A stretch of DNA of 64,000 nucleotides from an archaeon (GCA_027051165.1 JALTZZ010000011.1:5556-69555); one strand, 5' to 3'; positions 7,657-17,430 are shown, numbered from the stretch's first letter. The notes: a model not told the origin generated them from the sequence alone. Translations and numbers: made by a program.

Positions 7657-10338
7657 TCACGCCTTATAAACCTTTACCTTTGTGTCGTTGAACGAGTTCA
7701 TTCCTGATATCATGTCTGGATGAAGCTCGAGAACCCAGTTTATAGCGGTGCCCTTCTTCGCATATTCTGGAAAGGCTCTCGCAAACCTTCCGTAGTGGTA
7801 GCTTACTGCAACCGTATCAGGTCTTATACCTTCTGTAAGCTTTGCAATCGCCTTTACTTTTCCAATCCTCGACTCTATCCAAACTTCATCGTTATCCTTT
7901 ATTTCGAGCTCCCTTGCGGTTTTAGTGTTTATTAGAACGTAGTTGTAGTTTGAGTCGTGCGCGACCTCTCTAAGCACTGGATAAAGTGCATCTTGGCTTG
8001 CTTGATTTCTATACATTCTTTTGTATGTTATAAGATAGAATGGATAGTCCTTAGCTTTTTTATGAGGGGTCGGGAAAGCATGCTCCTTTATCGGTATTGG
8101 TGAAAGCTTTATATCTAAGAGCCTATCCATGTTGTCTTCTTCATACCACTCTTTAAAAACTGCAGCTACTTTTGGATTCTTCTTTATAATTTCCTTAACC
8201 TTTTCCTTTGATACAACAAGATTTTCAGCGTAGAAATTCATCTTCGGCTTTCCTTTTCCTTTGAACTTCTTCTCAACACCGCTAAGATATCTTTTCTCGA
8301 CATTGAGCTTCTTTCCAACAAATGCATGCTTTATTGCATATTCAAATGGCTTTCCAGTCTTATCTTCCCATATAACCCTTACATAGTCCTTAGCTTTATA
8401 TTCTCTTCCTTTTTCAAACTTAACCTTTTTAAGACCCCACTTCTTGTTCAAGTTTTCTATATACTTCTCCATGAACCCGTTTCCAAGCCTCTTTGCAATC
8501 TCCCAAAGTATGTCCCAGTCCTGATACTTTAGGTTGTAGGGGTTTGCTACTGGCTGTCTTATAGCAGTGTGCTTTGTTCCGGGTGTCCACCTCGTTGGGC
8601 TGAAGTGCCAGCTCTCCAAGTAGCTCTTGTTTGGCAGAACTATGTCGCACATCTGTGCAACTTCGTCAAGGGCGATGCTTATAGAAACGTTGAACGTCTT
8701 CTTTAAACCTTCAAACTGCTTCTTTATGTCTGATGTTGACATAGGTCTGTTTGTTGCATAGAACATCTGCATTTCAGGCTTGTATTCTAAGCCGTATTTT
8801 TCCGGCTCAAGTGCTGTTAGCATTGGTTGCTGTGCAACGTTGTGTGTAGCGTGCGGGAAGAAAACGCTCTCAGCAAGATCAATCCTCTGTGGAGGATACT
8901 CGCACTTGCTTGGTCCCATATATTTAGGCTTCTTGTATACTCCGTGCAGTATTAAGCCGCCTACAGCATCTAAGCATCCTACGAGCATTTGAACGAGCAG
9001 AGCCGCTCTCCAGTTCTGAACGCCATACTCCTTCGCAGACAGTCCTCTGAAGCTGTGTATCGCTACTGGTCTGTATCTGAGCTCCTTTCCTTCGATGTTT
9101 ATTGTAGAGCCTATCCTTGCATTCTCTCCAAACTCTATCGCAATCTTTCTTATAGTTTCTGCTGGAACACCAGTTATTTCCTCAGCTTCCTTTAGATCTA
9201 TCTCAAATACTTCTTCCTTCCATATCCTAAAAGCAGTTTTATACTTTTTGCCATCTACAGTTACCTCTGCATCAAGCTCTATTTCCTCAGCTTCATCGTA
9301 AGTAACTGCTCTGTTTTTCTTCTTGTCCCATACCAATGGAACCTTCTTAGCTTCCTTTCCAAAGCCTACCTTCTTCTTTAAGAACTTTCCATCCTCTCCA
9401 ACCAAAAAAGGCGCATTTGTATACGTTATGAGGAAGTCTTTATCAACATAGCCGTTTTCTATTAGAACTCTCGCCATCGCTAATAAGAATACAACATCAG
9501 TCCCCGGCTTTATTGGGATCCATTCATCAGCCTTTGCTCCTAAGTTGCTCAATCTCGGCTCTACAACGACGAGCTTCATTCCCCTCTCCATAGCATCTAA
9601 GCATGCATGATCGAGCCACCTTGCCCACTGCTCCGCTTCAAAGTAGTTAGCTCCCATGTTTATAAGGTAGTTGCAGTATTCTAAGTCCGGAAGAATTCCA
9701 TGGTATCCCCAGGTTATCTCATCTGCGATGTGCCTTGCTGCCTCACATGTTGTAGTTCTATGAACGTTGTTTGGCGAACCCACAGCCTTTAGAAAAGCCT
9801 TTGTTACCTTATCCCCCATTAAATACTTTCCATGCCCCCACTGGAAAACAAACTTCCTTGGATCTTCTTCCATTATTTTCTTTAATCTTTTTGCTATTTC
9901 ATCAAAAGCTTCTTCCCAGCTTATTTCAACAAACTTTGGATCAGCATCTGGACTTTTGTCCGGATTCGTTCTCTTTAGAGGTGCCTTTATTCTGTATGGG
10001 TTATACATGTCAAATATTCCGCTTAGACCTTTTGGACAGTTGCCCCAGTTGAAGTATTCGGCTCTATTCTCATCTGGATATATTGCTCTTGCAACTCCAT
10101 CCACAACCTTAACCTTTATTCCGCAGAAGTTTACGCAAACGCAGCATGTTGTTGGAATATACCTCTCTCCTTTTAGGCTCTGCTCAAGTGCATATGCTAA
10201 ACCACTCGATTTTTCCGCTTCAGCTTTTATCTTAGCTAAATTTGCCAGAGAATTTCCCAAAGCAGCAAATGCAAGAAGTGCACCAGTTTTCTTTAGAAAC
10301 TCCCTTCGATTCATTAAAATACCATCTTTCATGCACAT
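7657..10338 (-). CDS. DMSO-reductase-family Mo/W-bisPGD catalytic subunit, Tat-exported, ArrA/ArxA/PsrA-like
   Basis: NRREFLK Tat motif; CVCVNFC...CPKG FS0 cluster; PLKRTNP...DPKFVEISWEEA; HRTTTC putative Cys ligand; C-terminal MGD-binding domain (GIRPDTVAV). Confidence 0.88.
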   Translation of the reverse strand: MCMKDGILMNRREFLKKTGALLAFAALGNSLANLAKIKAEAEKSSGLAYALEQSLKGERYIPTTCCVCVNFCGIKVKVVDGVARAIYPDENRAEYFNWGNCPKGLSGIFDMYNPYRIKAPLKRTNPDKSPDADPKFVEISWEEAFDEIAKRLKKIMEEDPRKFVFQWGHGKYLMGDKVTKAFLKAVGSPNNVHRTTTCEAARHIADEITWGYHGILPDLEYCNYLINMGANYFEAEQWARWLDHACLDAMERGMKLVVVEPRLSNLGAKADEWIPIKPGTDVVFLLAMARVLIENGYVDKDFLITYTNAPFLVGEDGKFLKKKVGFGKEAKKVPLVWDKKKNRAVTYDEAEEIELDAEVTVDGKKYKTAFRIWKEEVFEIDLKEAEEITGVPAETIRKIAIEFGENARIGSTINIEGKELRYRPVAIHSFRGLSAKEYGVQNWRAALLVQMLVGCLDAVGGLILHGVYKKPKYMGPSKCEYPPQRIDLAESVFFPHATHNVAQQPMLTALEPEKYGLEYKPEMQMFYATNRPMSTSDIKKQFEGLKKTFNVSISIALDEVAQMCDIVLPNKSYLESWHFSPTRWTPGTKHTAIRQPVANPYNLKYQDWDILWEIAKRLGNGFMEKYIENLNKKWGLKKVKFEKGREYKAKDYVRVIWEDKTGKPFEYAIKHAFVGKKLNVEKRYLSGVEKKFKGKGKPKMNFYAENLVVSKEKVKEIIKKNPKVAAVFKEWYEEDNMDRLLDIKLSPIPIKEHAFPTPHKKAKDYPFYLITYKRMYRNQASQDALYPVLREVAHDSNYNYVLINTKTARELEIKDNDEVWIESRIGKVKAIAKLTEGIRPDTVAVSYHYGRFARAFPEYAKKGTAINWVLELHPDMISGMNSFNDTKVKVYKA

Positions 10339-10960
10339 GCCCCCTTCAACAAGTGTTTATATGAAGAAACATATATATAAAATTTACTCTAAAACATGTT
10401 GAGAAATCATTATTATGACACAAACATGCACATAGATATTGTGTCAGCTTGTAGAGCAGCGAGCTGGAAAAATTTTAACTACCATTAAGTTATAGGCAAC
10501 GAAGAAATCATTTTAAAAGCCGTTGAAATCATCAACGATTTTGCTTCGCGATTGCCTAAAATATTTGTGATGGACAGATGTTTAGAGATGGAACTGTTGC
10601 ATTTTTCTGTTCTTTCTCGAGCAATTAACTTCTTCTGCACATGCTGTGAAAGCATGATCAAGCTCGTAGCCTCTCGCTATGTATTCCCTTTTAATCCTCT
10701 TATCACAATCTTTGGAGATGTCTTCAGCTTTCTTCCCTTCTTCTGCTCAAATCTTATTGTGATCCTCTGCGATCCTTTCGCTTCTTCAAATGCGAAAGTT
10801 ATTTATCCTATTAAGCTATACCTGCCAGCAGCTCAGTATATACTGGTCTTCTCTGCCCGTATATTTGTTCATAGTTGTTCCATCTTTCACGTGCATGTTC
10901 TTTCAACAATCGTTCATATGAACAAAGTTTATATATAAAACCTACTAAAAACATATATGT

Positions 10961-11653
10961 ATGGAAGTTGATATTCAAGAAGAACTTAACAAAGAAATAA
11001 TCAAAAATTATAGCAGCAACTGCAAGAAGGTGCTAATAGTGGATTACGATGGAGATTTAAAAAACAAACTAAAAAAGAAGCTTTCTTCTTATGGATTTAT
11101 CGTGAAAACCGTAGAAAACGGTGAGGAGGCTCTAAAAATAATAAAAAACGAAGATTTTGATCTTATAGTGGCAAATGAAATCTTACCAGTAGTTAACGGG
11201 ATTGAACTCCTTAGAACCATTAGAAAGATGAGCTTGCGAACAAAATTTATAGTTTTAGCCGAGTATCCAACAGTAGAAAGTGCTGTAGAAGCTATGAAAC
11301 TCGGTGCAAGCGAGTATATACCGAAACATGTAAAAATAAATGAAATTTTTTCAAAAATATTAAAAACGCTTGAAGAAGTTGAATTCAAAGAAATTTTTAT
11401 GAACGATCATTTAGTTAAATGCATGTTGAATCCAACAAGAAGATCCATTATATTATATCTCTTTAAAAACGACAGAGCAAAGTTTATAGATATTATGCAT
11501 GCTGTTAATATAGAAAATTCAGCAAAATTAAGTTTTCATATAAATTACCTAAAAAAACACGATGTAATTAAAAGAGATAAAGAAAACTCCTATTATCTAA
11601 CAAAAAAAGGAAAAATCATGGCAAATATTATCCTATCTTACCTCATACCATAA
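10961..11653 (+). CDS. Receiver-domain plus winged-HTH regulator (atypical receiver)
   Basis: KVLIVD...GEEAL...DLIVAN...AVEAMKLGASEYIPK; C-terminal NPTRRSII...LSFHINYL...YYLTKKG wHTH. Confidence 0.8.
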   Translation: MEVDIQEELNKEIIKNYSSNCKKVLIVDYDGDLKNKLKKKLSSYGFIVKTVENGEEALKIIKNEDFDLIVANEILPVVNGIELLRTIRKMSLRTKFIVLAEYPTVESAVEAMKLGASEYIPKHVKINEIFSKILKTLEEVEFKEIFMNDHLVKCMLNPTRRSIILYLFKNDRAKFIDIMHAVNIENSAKLSFHINYLKKHDVIKRDKENSYYLTKKGKIMANIILSYLIP

Positions 11654-11699
11654 AGTGATGTCTCTTAAGTTTTTATAGACATAAAACCTCATTATAATT

Positions 11700-12557
11700 A
11701 TGTATGGTATTCCAGTAATGACCAAAATAAGAAATAAGAGTCTTACGTTTATCATTCTTATTATAATACTCCTTCTATCTTATAATGTCCTAAAGCTTGG
11801 GTTTAAGGAATTAAAATTTGTGGATGGAAAAATAGCGTTTCAATGGGACATACACTACGGTCTTCTCGAAACTTACACTCACCTCTACTCTGGGACTTTT
11901 CACATTATTGCAAGTATTATAGGAATATTCTTCTTTTACAGAAGTTTTAGGGGAGCTAAATACATGTGGAATCTTATAATGCTAAGCTTTCTTACCCTTG
12001 GTCTTGTTGCTGCTGGAGAAGTCTTTGAGCACTACTTTTTAAACTACAAGGGATACAACTTCATGCACTATTTGCACATGTTAAATGCACCTTTAGGAAT
12101 GTTCTTTATCTACATGGCTATAAGGGAGTTTTATGAGGGAAAAAGAATATTTCATCCGAATTTAGGATTGTTCATCGTAATACTAACTTTTTTAGTGTCT
12201 TACATTCTTGCAGAAAATTCAAAATATATATACGACATTCGTATAGAAAAGCCGATTGTATATTTAACACTACCCCCAACGATAGTTTTTACAATACTCT
12301 TGCTATTTATAGAAGCTAAAAAAATATTTAGGGAATATGGGCTGCTCGTTATGAACATATCTGCACTTGCACTCTCCCATTCCCTTCTTGCAATCTTCAT
12401 CGTTTTTGGAAGGTATGCACATATACATCACGATGCTTGGCTGTATGTAGTAACGCATTCAATACAAAACATACTTCATGTAGCATGCGGATGTGTTATA
12501 TTAACGTTTGCAGCATGTATAAAGATCGTTCACGAAAAATTTAGAAAAATTTGCTAA
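11700..12557 (+). CDS. His-rich polytopic membrane protein, unknown function
   Basis: About 7-8 hydrophobic helices with many His residues (FHII, FEHY, HYLHM, HIHHD, THSIQNILH). Confidence 0.7.
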   Translation: MYGIPVMTKIRNKSLTFIILIIILLLSYNVLKLGFKELKFVDGKIAFQWDIHYGLLETYTHLYSGTFHIIASIIGIFFFYRSFRGAKYMWNLIMLSFLTLGLVAAGEVFEHYFLNYKGYNFMHYLHMLNAPLGMFFIYMAIREFYEGKRIFHPNLGLFIVILTFLVSYILAENSKYIYDIRIEKPIVYLTLPPTIVFTILLLFIEAKKIFREYGLLVMNISALALSHSLLAIFIVFGRYAHIHHDAWLYVVTHSIQNILHVACGCVILTFAACIKIVHEKFRKIC

Positions 12558-12558
12558 A

Positions 12559-12999
12559 TTAACGGTTGTTTAATATCATTCTTATATCATCTACAAATCT
12601 CTTTGCAAATCTTTCACCAAACAGTATTGAGAACTCCCTTTCTATATTTTTAAGCCTCTCCTCAACATCTCTTGAAGCTGCAATGTTTTCCCTTATAATT
12701 TTTTCTTTTCCTATTTCTCCAAGAGACTCTTTAGCAATTTCCATTAAAAGATTTTCGATTTCAACAATTTTATCGTAGATCCTCCTATCTGTTAAGCTGT
12801 ATATTCTTTTTTGTCCCCTAACTTCGCTTTTAACTATGTTGTGTTCTCTGAGCTTCTTTAGATGATGCGAGACAAGAGACTGGTTGGAATTTAGAATCTC
12901 TGAAAGCTCACCAACACTCTTTTCCCCTGATCCAAGTATTTTTACTATCTCAAGTCTGTTCTTATCGCTCATCAGTTTGAAGAATGTATGAACATTCAT
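12559..12999 (-). CDS. ArsR/SmtB-family regulator
   Basis: SDKNRLEIV...SVGELSE...QSLVSHHLKKL...RGQKRIYSL. Confidence 0.85.
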   Translation of the reverse strand: MNVHTFFKLMSDKNRLEIVKILGSGEKSVGELSEILNSNQSLVSHHLKKLREHNIVKSEVRGQKRIYSLTDRRIYDKIVEIENLLMEIAKESLGEIGKEKIIRENIAASRDVEERLKNIEREFSILFGERFAKRFVDDIRMILNNR

Positions 13000-13259
13000 A
13001 TAAATAGCTATAAAGATTTAACTATTAAAAGAATATAGTAAAGCGAACTACTTTTAGTGAATGTGGGAGCTTTCGTGGAATTTGACCCATTTACAGTGCA
13101 ACACCTTACAATGCCTTTGCTCTTGCTCACTGGACGACGACAAACCACCCTTAAGGTTGTTAAAACAGAGCTTAAACTCCGCTATAGCTAAACTATCATA
13201 TTTGCCAGCGTTAACGTTAGGCGGAGATTTTCACCAAGCTCTTTCTTTCGCAAAGAGTC

Positions 13260-14270
13260 TTATAAAGATAGATAATTTTCGAAAATTAAGGAATAAATAT
13301 AAGCTGAGAAAGATGAGAAGAAGATTACAAGAAAAATGTATGTCAAGGAGATCTTAATGCCAGCAATTCTTGATATTGCTATGAAGTTTGGAAGACTAAC
13401 TGCAGGACCGGCTAAGAGAAGTGCAACTGCAGCACTTTTACTCATTCCAAGATCTATTAAAGATTCTGTTATGGGAACCTCCGTTAGCGTTGCAAAGTAG
13501 AAAAGAGCACCTAAAGAACCTGCTATAAGATAGCTAATAAAGTTTTCTTTCCCCAAAAATTCTTTTATAATTTCTTCTGAAGCAAAAGCCTTTATAACTC
13601 CTGCAAAAAATATTCCTATCAGTATTAGGGGGAAAATCATCCTAAAAAGGATATACGTTTCTCTTATCCAGTATATCGTTTCATCTCTTTCAAACTTCTT
13701 AAACAAAAATAAAAATATAAGGGCTAAGATTGCAAGGGAGTAGATACCCTTACCAAATATTAAAAGAAGGAAGAGAAGAAAAATTAAATAAAGATGTTTC
13801 CTCTCATAAACCTTTCCAGAAGCAGCATGGATAAATTCTCCTTTACTTTTAAAGAAAATAGATATTAAAGCTCCTATAATTATTGACATAGTTACTGCAA
13901 AGAATGCCCTGAAAAATCCTATATCTAACCCTATAACTCTTGCTGTATAAACTATTGCTAATATATTTATTGCGGGTGCTGAATATAGAAATGTAAACAA
14001 CGGGCCTATTTTTGCACCTACCCTATAGAGACCTGCAAAAAGTGGTATTACCGTGCAAGAGCAAACTGCTAAAACGGTTCCAGCTGATGCTGAGAATACA
14101 TAAGAAACATATTTTCTCCCAAAATATTTTAGCAAAACCTCTTTCCTGAAAAAAGCAGAAATTGCACCAGCAATAAAGAAAGCTGGTAGAAGGCATGTTA
14201 GAACGTGAAAAGATAAATATTCTTTGAGAGCTTCATATCCGCTTATTAAAACCTTCTCTAAAATATTCAT
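13260..14270 (-). CDS. ArsP/DUF318 permease
   Basis: HVLTCLLPAFFIAGAI, LAVCSCTVIPLF, FLYSAPAIN, YFATLTEVP, LLAGPAVSLP. Confidence 0.88.
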   Translation of the reverse strand: MNILEKVLISGYEALKEYLSFHVLTCLLPAFFIAGAISAFFRKEVLLKYFGRKYVSYVFSASAGTVLAVCSCTVIPLFAGLYRVGAKIGPLFTFLYSAPAINILAIVYTARVIGLDIGFFRAFFAVTMSIIIGALISIFFKSKGEFIHAASGKVYERKHLYLIFLLFLLLIFGKGIYSLAILALIFLFLFKKFERDETIYWIRETYILFRMIFPLILIGIFFAGVIKAFASEEIIKEFLGKENFISYLIAGSLGALFYFATLTEVPITESLIDLGMSKSAAVALLLAGPAVSLPNFIAISRIAGIKISLTYIFLVIFFSSFSAYIYSLIFENYLSL

Positions 14271-15328
14271 ACAGCAATCACCCTTCTATTTTGAAGAAAC
14301 ATAGAAACATTTACAAGGCTTAAAAGTATGGGAACTTCAAGCAGCGGTCCTATAACAGTTGCAAAGGCTTGCATGCTGTTTATACCAAACATTCCTATAG
14401 CCACAGCAATTGCAAGCTCAAAGTCGTTGCTTGCCGCAGAGAATGCTAAGGCTGTCGCCTTTTCATGATCCGTCCTTATTATATTTGTTGCAACGAAATA
14501 AGTTATAAACCACATGATGAAGAAATAAGCAGTTAGAGGAACAGCAATTCTAAAAACATGGTATGGAAGCTCTACGATATTCCCACCTTTTAAAGAAAAC
14601 ATTATGAATATTGTGTAAAGTAACGCTACAGGTGTTATAATACTTATCCTTCTTGAAAATTCATTCTCATACCAAAAATCTCCTTTTTTTGATCTAAGAA
14701 TTTTTCTTGTTAAGAATCCAGCAATAAATGGTATTCCAAGGAATATAAAAACTGTTTTTGCAACCTCGTATATTGAGATATCAATGTAAACACTTCTAAA
14801 TATTTCAAGCTTGCTTGGAATAACGTTTAGGAAAATATAGATGTAGAAACTGTATGTTAAGATTTGAAATATGGCATTTAAGGCTACGAGACCAACTGCA
14901 AGCTCTCTATCTCCTCTTGCAAGGTCGTTCCACACAATTACCATAGCTATACATCTTGCAAGCCCAACCATGATTACACCCATAGCATATTCAGGATAAT
15001 CCCTTAGAAGCAAAGCTGCAAGGAAAAACATTAAAAAAGGACCAAATATCCAGTTTTGGAACATTGAAAATAAGAGAATCTTCTTGTTAAATAAAACGCT
15101 TCCTATTTTCTCATATTTAACCTTTGCAAGTGGAGGATACATCATAAGTATTAAACCGAGAGCTATGGGCAGTGAAGTTGTTCCTATGCTTAAAGAGCTT
15201 AGGAATTTTGAAAAGCTGGGAAAAGAATATCCAACAAATATTCCTAAAGCCATTGCACTAAAAATTTCAAGAGTGAGATACTTTTCAAACAATCTTAGTT
15301 TTGACAAAATTCTCCACCTCTCTTTCAA
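14267..15328 (-). CDS. acr3: Acr3-family arsenite efflux transporter (likely start 15307)
   Basis: GLILMMYPPLAKVKY, QNWIFGP, GLARCIAMVIVWNDLA, SNDFELAIAVA, GPLLEVP. Confidence 0.93.
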   Translation of the reverse strand: MKERWRILSKLRLFEKYLTLEIFSAMALGIFVGYSFPSFSKFLSSLSIGTTSLPIALGLILMMYPPLAKVKYEKIGSVLFNKKILLFSMFQNWIFGPFLMFFLAALLLRDYPEYAMGVIMVGLARCIAMVIVWNDLARGDRELAVGLVALNAIFQILTYSFYIYIFLNVIPSKLEIFRSVYIDISIYEVAKTVFIFLGIPFIAGFLTRKILRSKKGDFWYENEFSRRISIITPVALLYTIFIMFSLKGGNIVELPYHVFRIAVPLTAYFFIMWFITYFVATNIIRTDHEKATALAFSAASNDFELAIAVAIGMFGINSMQAFATVIGPLLEVPILLSLVNVSMFLQNRRVIAV

Positions 15329-15584
15329 CAGCCTTTAAAACTTGATCGTATGTAGAAAATCCTTCTAAAATGATTTTATCGTTTAAAACAACGGTATTTA
15401 CCATTGTTACACCTAAGTCGAAGGCTCTTTTTGTGTTTACCTGCATTATAAACCAATCAACCTCAACGTTATACTTTTCCTCTATATACTTGCAAATTTT
15501 TTCAAGGCTTTTTCTTAAAAGCTCGTAGCTGCAAGAGCAAGAGGCAGGTTCAACGAAAACCTCTAAATAAACTCTTTTATCCAT
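15285..15584 (-). CDS. Small thioredoxin-fold protein (CSC motif)
   Basis: EVFVEPASCSC...LGVTMVNTVVLNDKIILEG. Confidence 0.6.
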   Translation of the reverse strand: MDKRVYLEVFVEPASCSCSYELLRKSLEKICKYIEEKYNVEVDWFIMQVNTKRAFDLGVTMVNTVVLNDKIILEGFSTYDQVLKAVEREVENFVKTKIV

Positions 15585-15829
15585 TTTTCTACTTCCTCCT
15601 CCCTTGGAACCCTGCCGCTTGTGACAACCTTTTCGTTTATAACAATTCCAGGTGTCATCATAACTCCATATTTTGCTATTTCGCTTATATCTTTTACCAT
15701 CTCAATTTTTGCATTTAATTTAAGCTTATTAACAACCTTCTCAACAATCTTCTTTGTCATGTTGCACTTTGGACAGCCTGTGCCAAGAACCTTTATCACG
15801 ATCATGTTTATACTTGAAATTTTTATCAA
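15563..15829 (-). CDS. MTH895-type small redox-active disulfide protein
   Basis: IKVLGTGCPKC, YGVMMTPGIVINEKVVTSGRVP. Confidence 0.88.
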   Translation of the reverse strand: MIKISSINMIVIKVLGTGCPKCNMTKKIVEKVVNKLKLNAKIEMVKDISEIAKYGVMMTPGIVINEKVVTSGRVPREEEVEKWIKEFI

Positions 15830-15859
15830 CTGAAATTTTTTTCAAATGTTATTTTTTTA

Positions 15860-16192
15860 ATGCTTTATGTGGAGTGCAGATTGATAGTGTTAGATGTTGA
15901 TGAAGAGGTGTTTGAAGAGAAGTGCAAAATTGTTAAGCTCTTAGCTAATCCTATAAGGCTAAAAATGGCTTATATAATGTCAAAAAGAGAAGTATGTAAC
16001 TGCGAGCTTGAAAAGCTTTTTAAAGTTGATCCAACGCTCATATCTCACCATTTAAAAAGATTTAAAGAAGCTGGTGTTTTAAAAGAGAGAAGAGAAGGTA
16101 AATGGAGAAAGTATAGAATAGATGATGAAAAAGTTAAAAAAATAATCGAAGTTTTATTTGAAGAAAATACTTCAGGAAGATTTAAACTATAA
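15860..16192 (+). CDS. arsR: ArsR-family repressor with CxC metalloid site
   Basis: LANPIRL, EVCNCEL, ISHHL, REGKWRKY; divergent from the acr3 operon. Confidence 0.82.
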   Translation: MLYVECRLIVLDVDEEVFEEKCKIVKLLANPIRLKMAYIMSKREVCNCELEKLFKVDPTLISHHLKRFKEAGVLKERREGKWRKYRIDDEKVKKIIEVLFEENTSGRFKL

Positions 16193-16202
16193 ACAACCAA
16201 CA

Positions 16203-16958
16203 TTACTTTGACGAAATGGAGACCAAAATTCCACTTACAGAATGAACTTGAACATCTTTAAATCCTACTTTCTCAAGTATCTCTCTGAATTCATCTTTTG
16301 TCATCCCAGGATGTTCCTTGAAACCCATTATCTCTACAAAGTATTTTTCGGCCCATATATTATCTGTTCTTTCAATTTCTAAGGCAACAAGAGTCCCGCC
16401 CTTCCTTAGAGCTTTTTTAAGTCGTGAAAGATAATAGATTGTGCTTGTCTCTTTCCGTTCCATTATAGTACCCACTCCTATCATAGAAATTATCTTGTCG
16501 TAAAAATTTTGCTTCAGGTTTTTTAGATCAAACTGGTAAGTTACATTAGCATCTTTCAACCATTCTTTTGTCAGTTTTGCATCTAAGGTGCAGAGGATCT
16601 TTTCACCCTTTTTGATACTAATATATCTATTTATCACATTAATGAAACGCTTTATGTAAGCGCTCCAATCACAGCAAGTAAGTTTTGTCCAGCTGGAGAG
16701 TAGCCGGCTAAGTTCCTGCACACCTTTCGGTGTTATCTTGTAAATCTTTTTCTTAGCAGCTTCCGTTCTAACGATCTCGTGGAATATAAGTCCTTTCCTC
16801 TCTAAGGAGTGAAGTGTTGGATATATGGTTCCTGGACTCTTTATATTAAGTTTTTTCATGAGTTCTACACCGCACATAGGATTTTCTCTTAAAAGAAGCA
16901 TAATTTTTGCCTGCAAACTTCCCTTGATTTCTGTATCAGCAAATATCATATCGATCAC
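16203..16958 (-). CDS. PadR-type wHTH fused to a degenerate methyltransferase-like domain
   Basis: SPGTIYPTLHSLERKGLI...KKIYKITPKG PadR; C-terminal YDKIIS...LKKALRKGGTLVALE...EKVGFKDV. Confidence 0.7.
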   Translation of the reverse strand: MIDMIFADTEIKGSLQAKIMLLLRENPMCGVELMKKLNIKSPGTIYPTLHSLERKGLIFHEIVRTEAAKKKIYKITPKGVQELSRLLSSWTKLTCCDWSAYIKRFINVINRYISIKKGEKILCTLDAKLTKEWLKDANVTYQFDLKNLKQNFYDKIISMIGVGTIMERKETSTIYYLSRLKKALRKGGTLVALEIERTDNIWAEKYFVEIMGFKEHPGMTKDEFREILEKVGFKDVQVHSVSGILVSISSK

Positions 16959-16989
16959 CGATAAATTGGGTAAATTTTATATAGCATTT

Positions 16990-17021
16990 TATCGACAATA
17001 ACGATATCGGTAGTATCGATA
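16990..17021. promoter_or_regulatory. Tandem palindromic operators TATCG-N7-CGATA
   Basis: Two overlapping copies (16990-17006, 17005-17021) in the divergent intergenic region. Confidence 0.6.
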
Positions 17022-17076
17022 ATATTACGTTCAGAAAGAACGAGAAGCCAAGTAGCAAACAAAACAGGTGTAAACG

Positions 17077-17430
17077 ATGGAAGAGTTTCATTGTAACTGT
17101 GCATCTTGTGGTAGATTACCTGAGCAGAAAAAAGGAGTACTTAACCTATGGGTAGAGTCTAAAGATGGCATGCTATGCGAGAATTGCTGGAAAAGAGGGA
17201 TTGATATGTTGAAAGCTTCGGCTATACCGGTGAAAAGAAAATATGAGGTGAAGGAAGCTTTCTGTTGCTTCTGTGTGCTCTGCGGCAGAGCACCTCCCGA
17301 TCCAAAGGTTAAGATATGGGTCGAAACAGAGTTCGGTTGTCTTTGTGAGATCTGCATGAAAAGAATAATGAGAAAAGGTATTGAACGGGAGATAAAGAAA
17401 ATGTTAGGGGGTGCTGAAAATGGTTGTTAA
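17077..17430 (+). CDS. Cys-rich protein with two repeated C4 Zn-finger-like units
   Basis: CNCASCGR..WVES..LCENC and CCFCVLCGR..WVET..LCEIC. Confidence 0.75.
   Translation: MEEFHCNCASCGRLPEQKKGVLNLWVESKDGMLCENCWKRGIDMLKASAIPVKRKYEVKEAFCCFCVLCGRAPPDPKVKIWVETEFGCLCEICMKRIMRKGIEREIKKMLGGAENGC

Noticed and set aside
9767-10402. Long antisense ORFs (also 38801-39373, 33471-33908, 57886-58314 and similar)
   Set aside because: Shadows of well-supported genes on the opposite strand
10552-10938. 128-aa ORF or transposase remnant
   Set aside because: Atypical composition, no recognisable motif, opposite-strand frames interrupted by stops; could not assign
13061-13357. 98-aa ORF, or RNase P/SRP RNA
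   Set aside because: ORF overlaps arsP antisense with no family features; conserved RNase P and SRP motifs not found and GC too low
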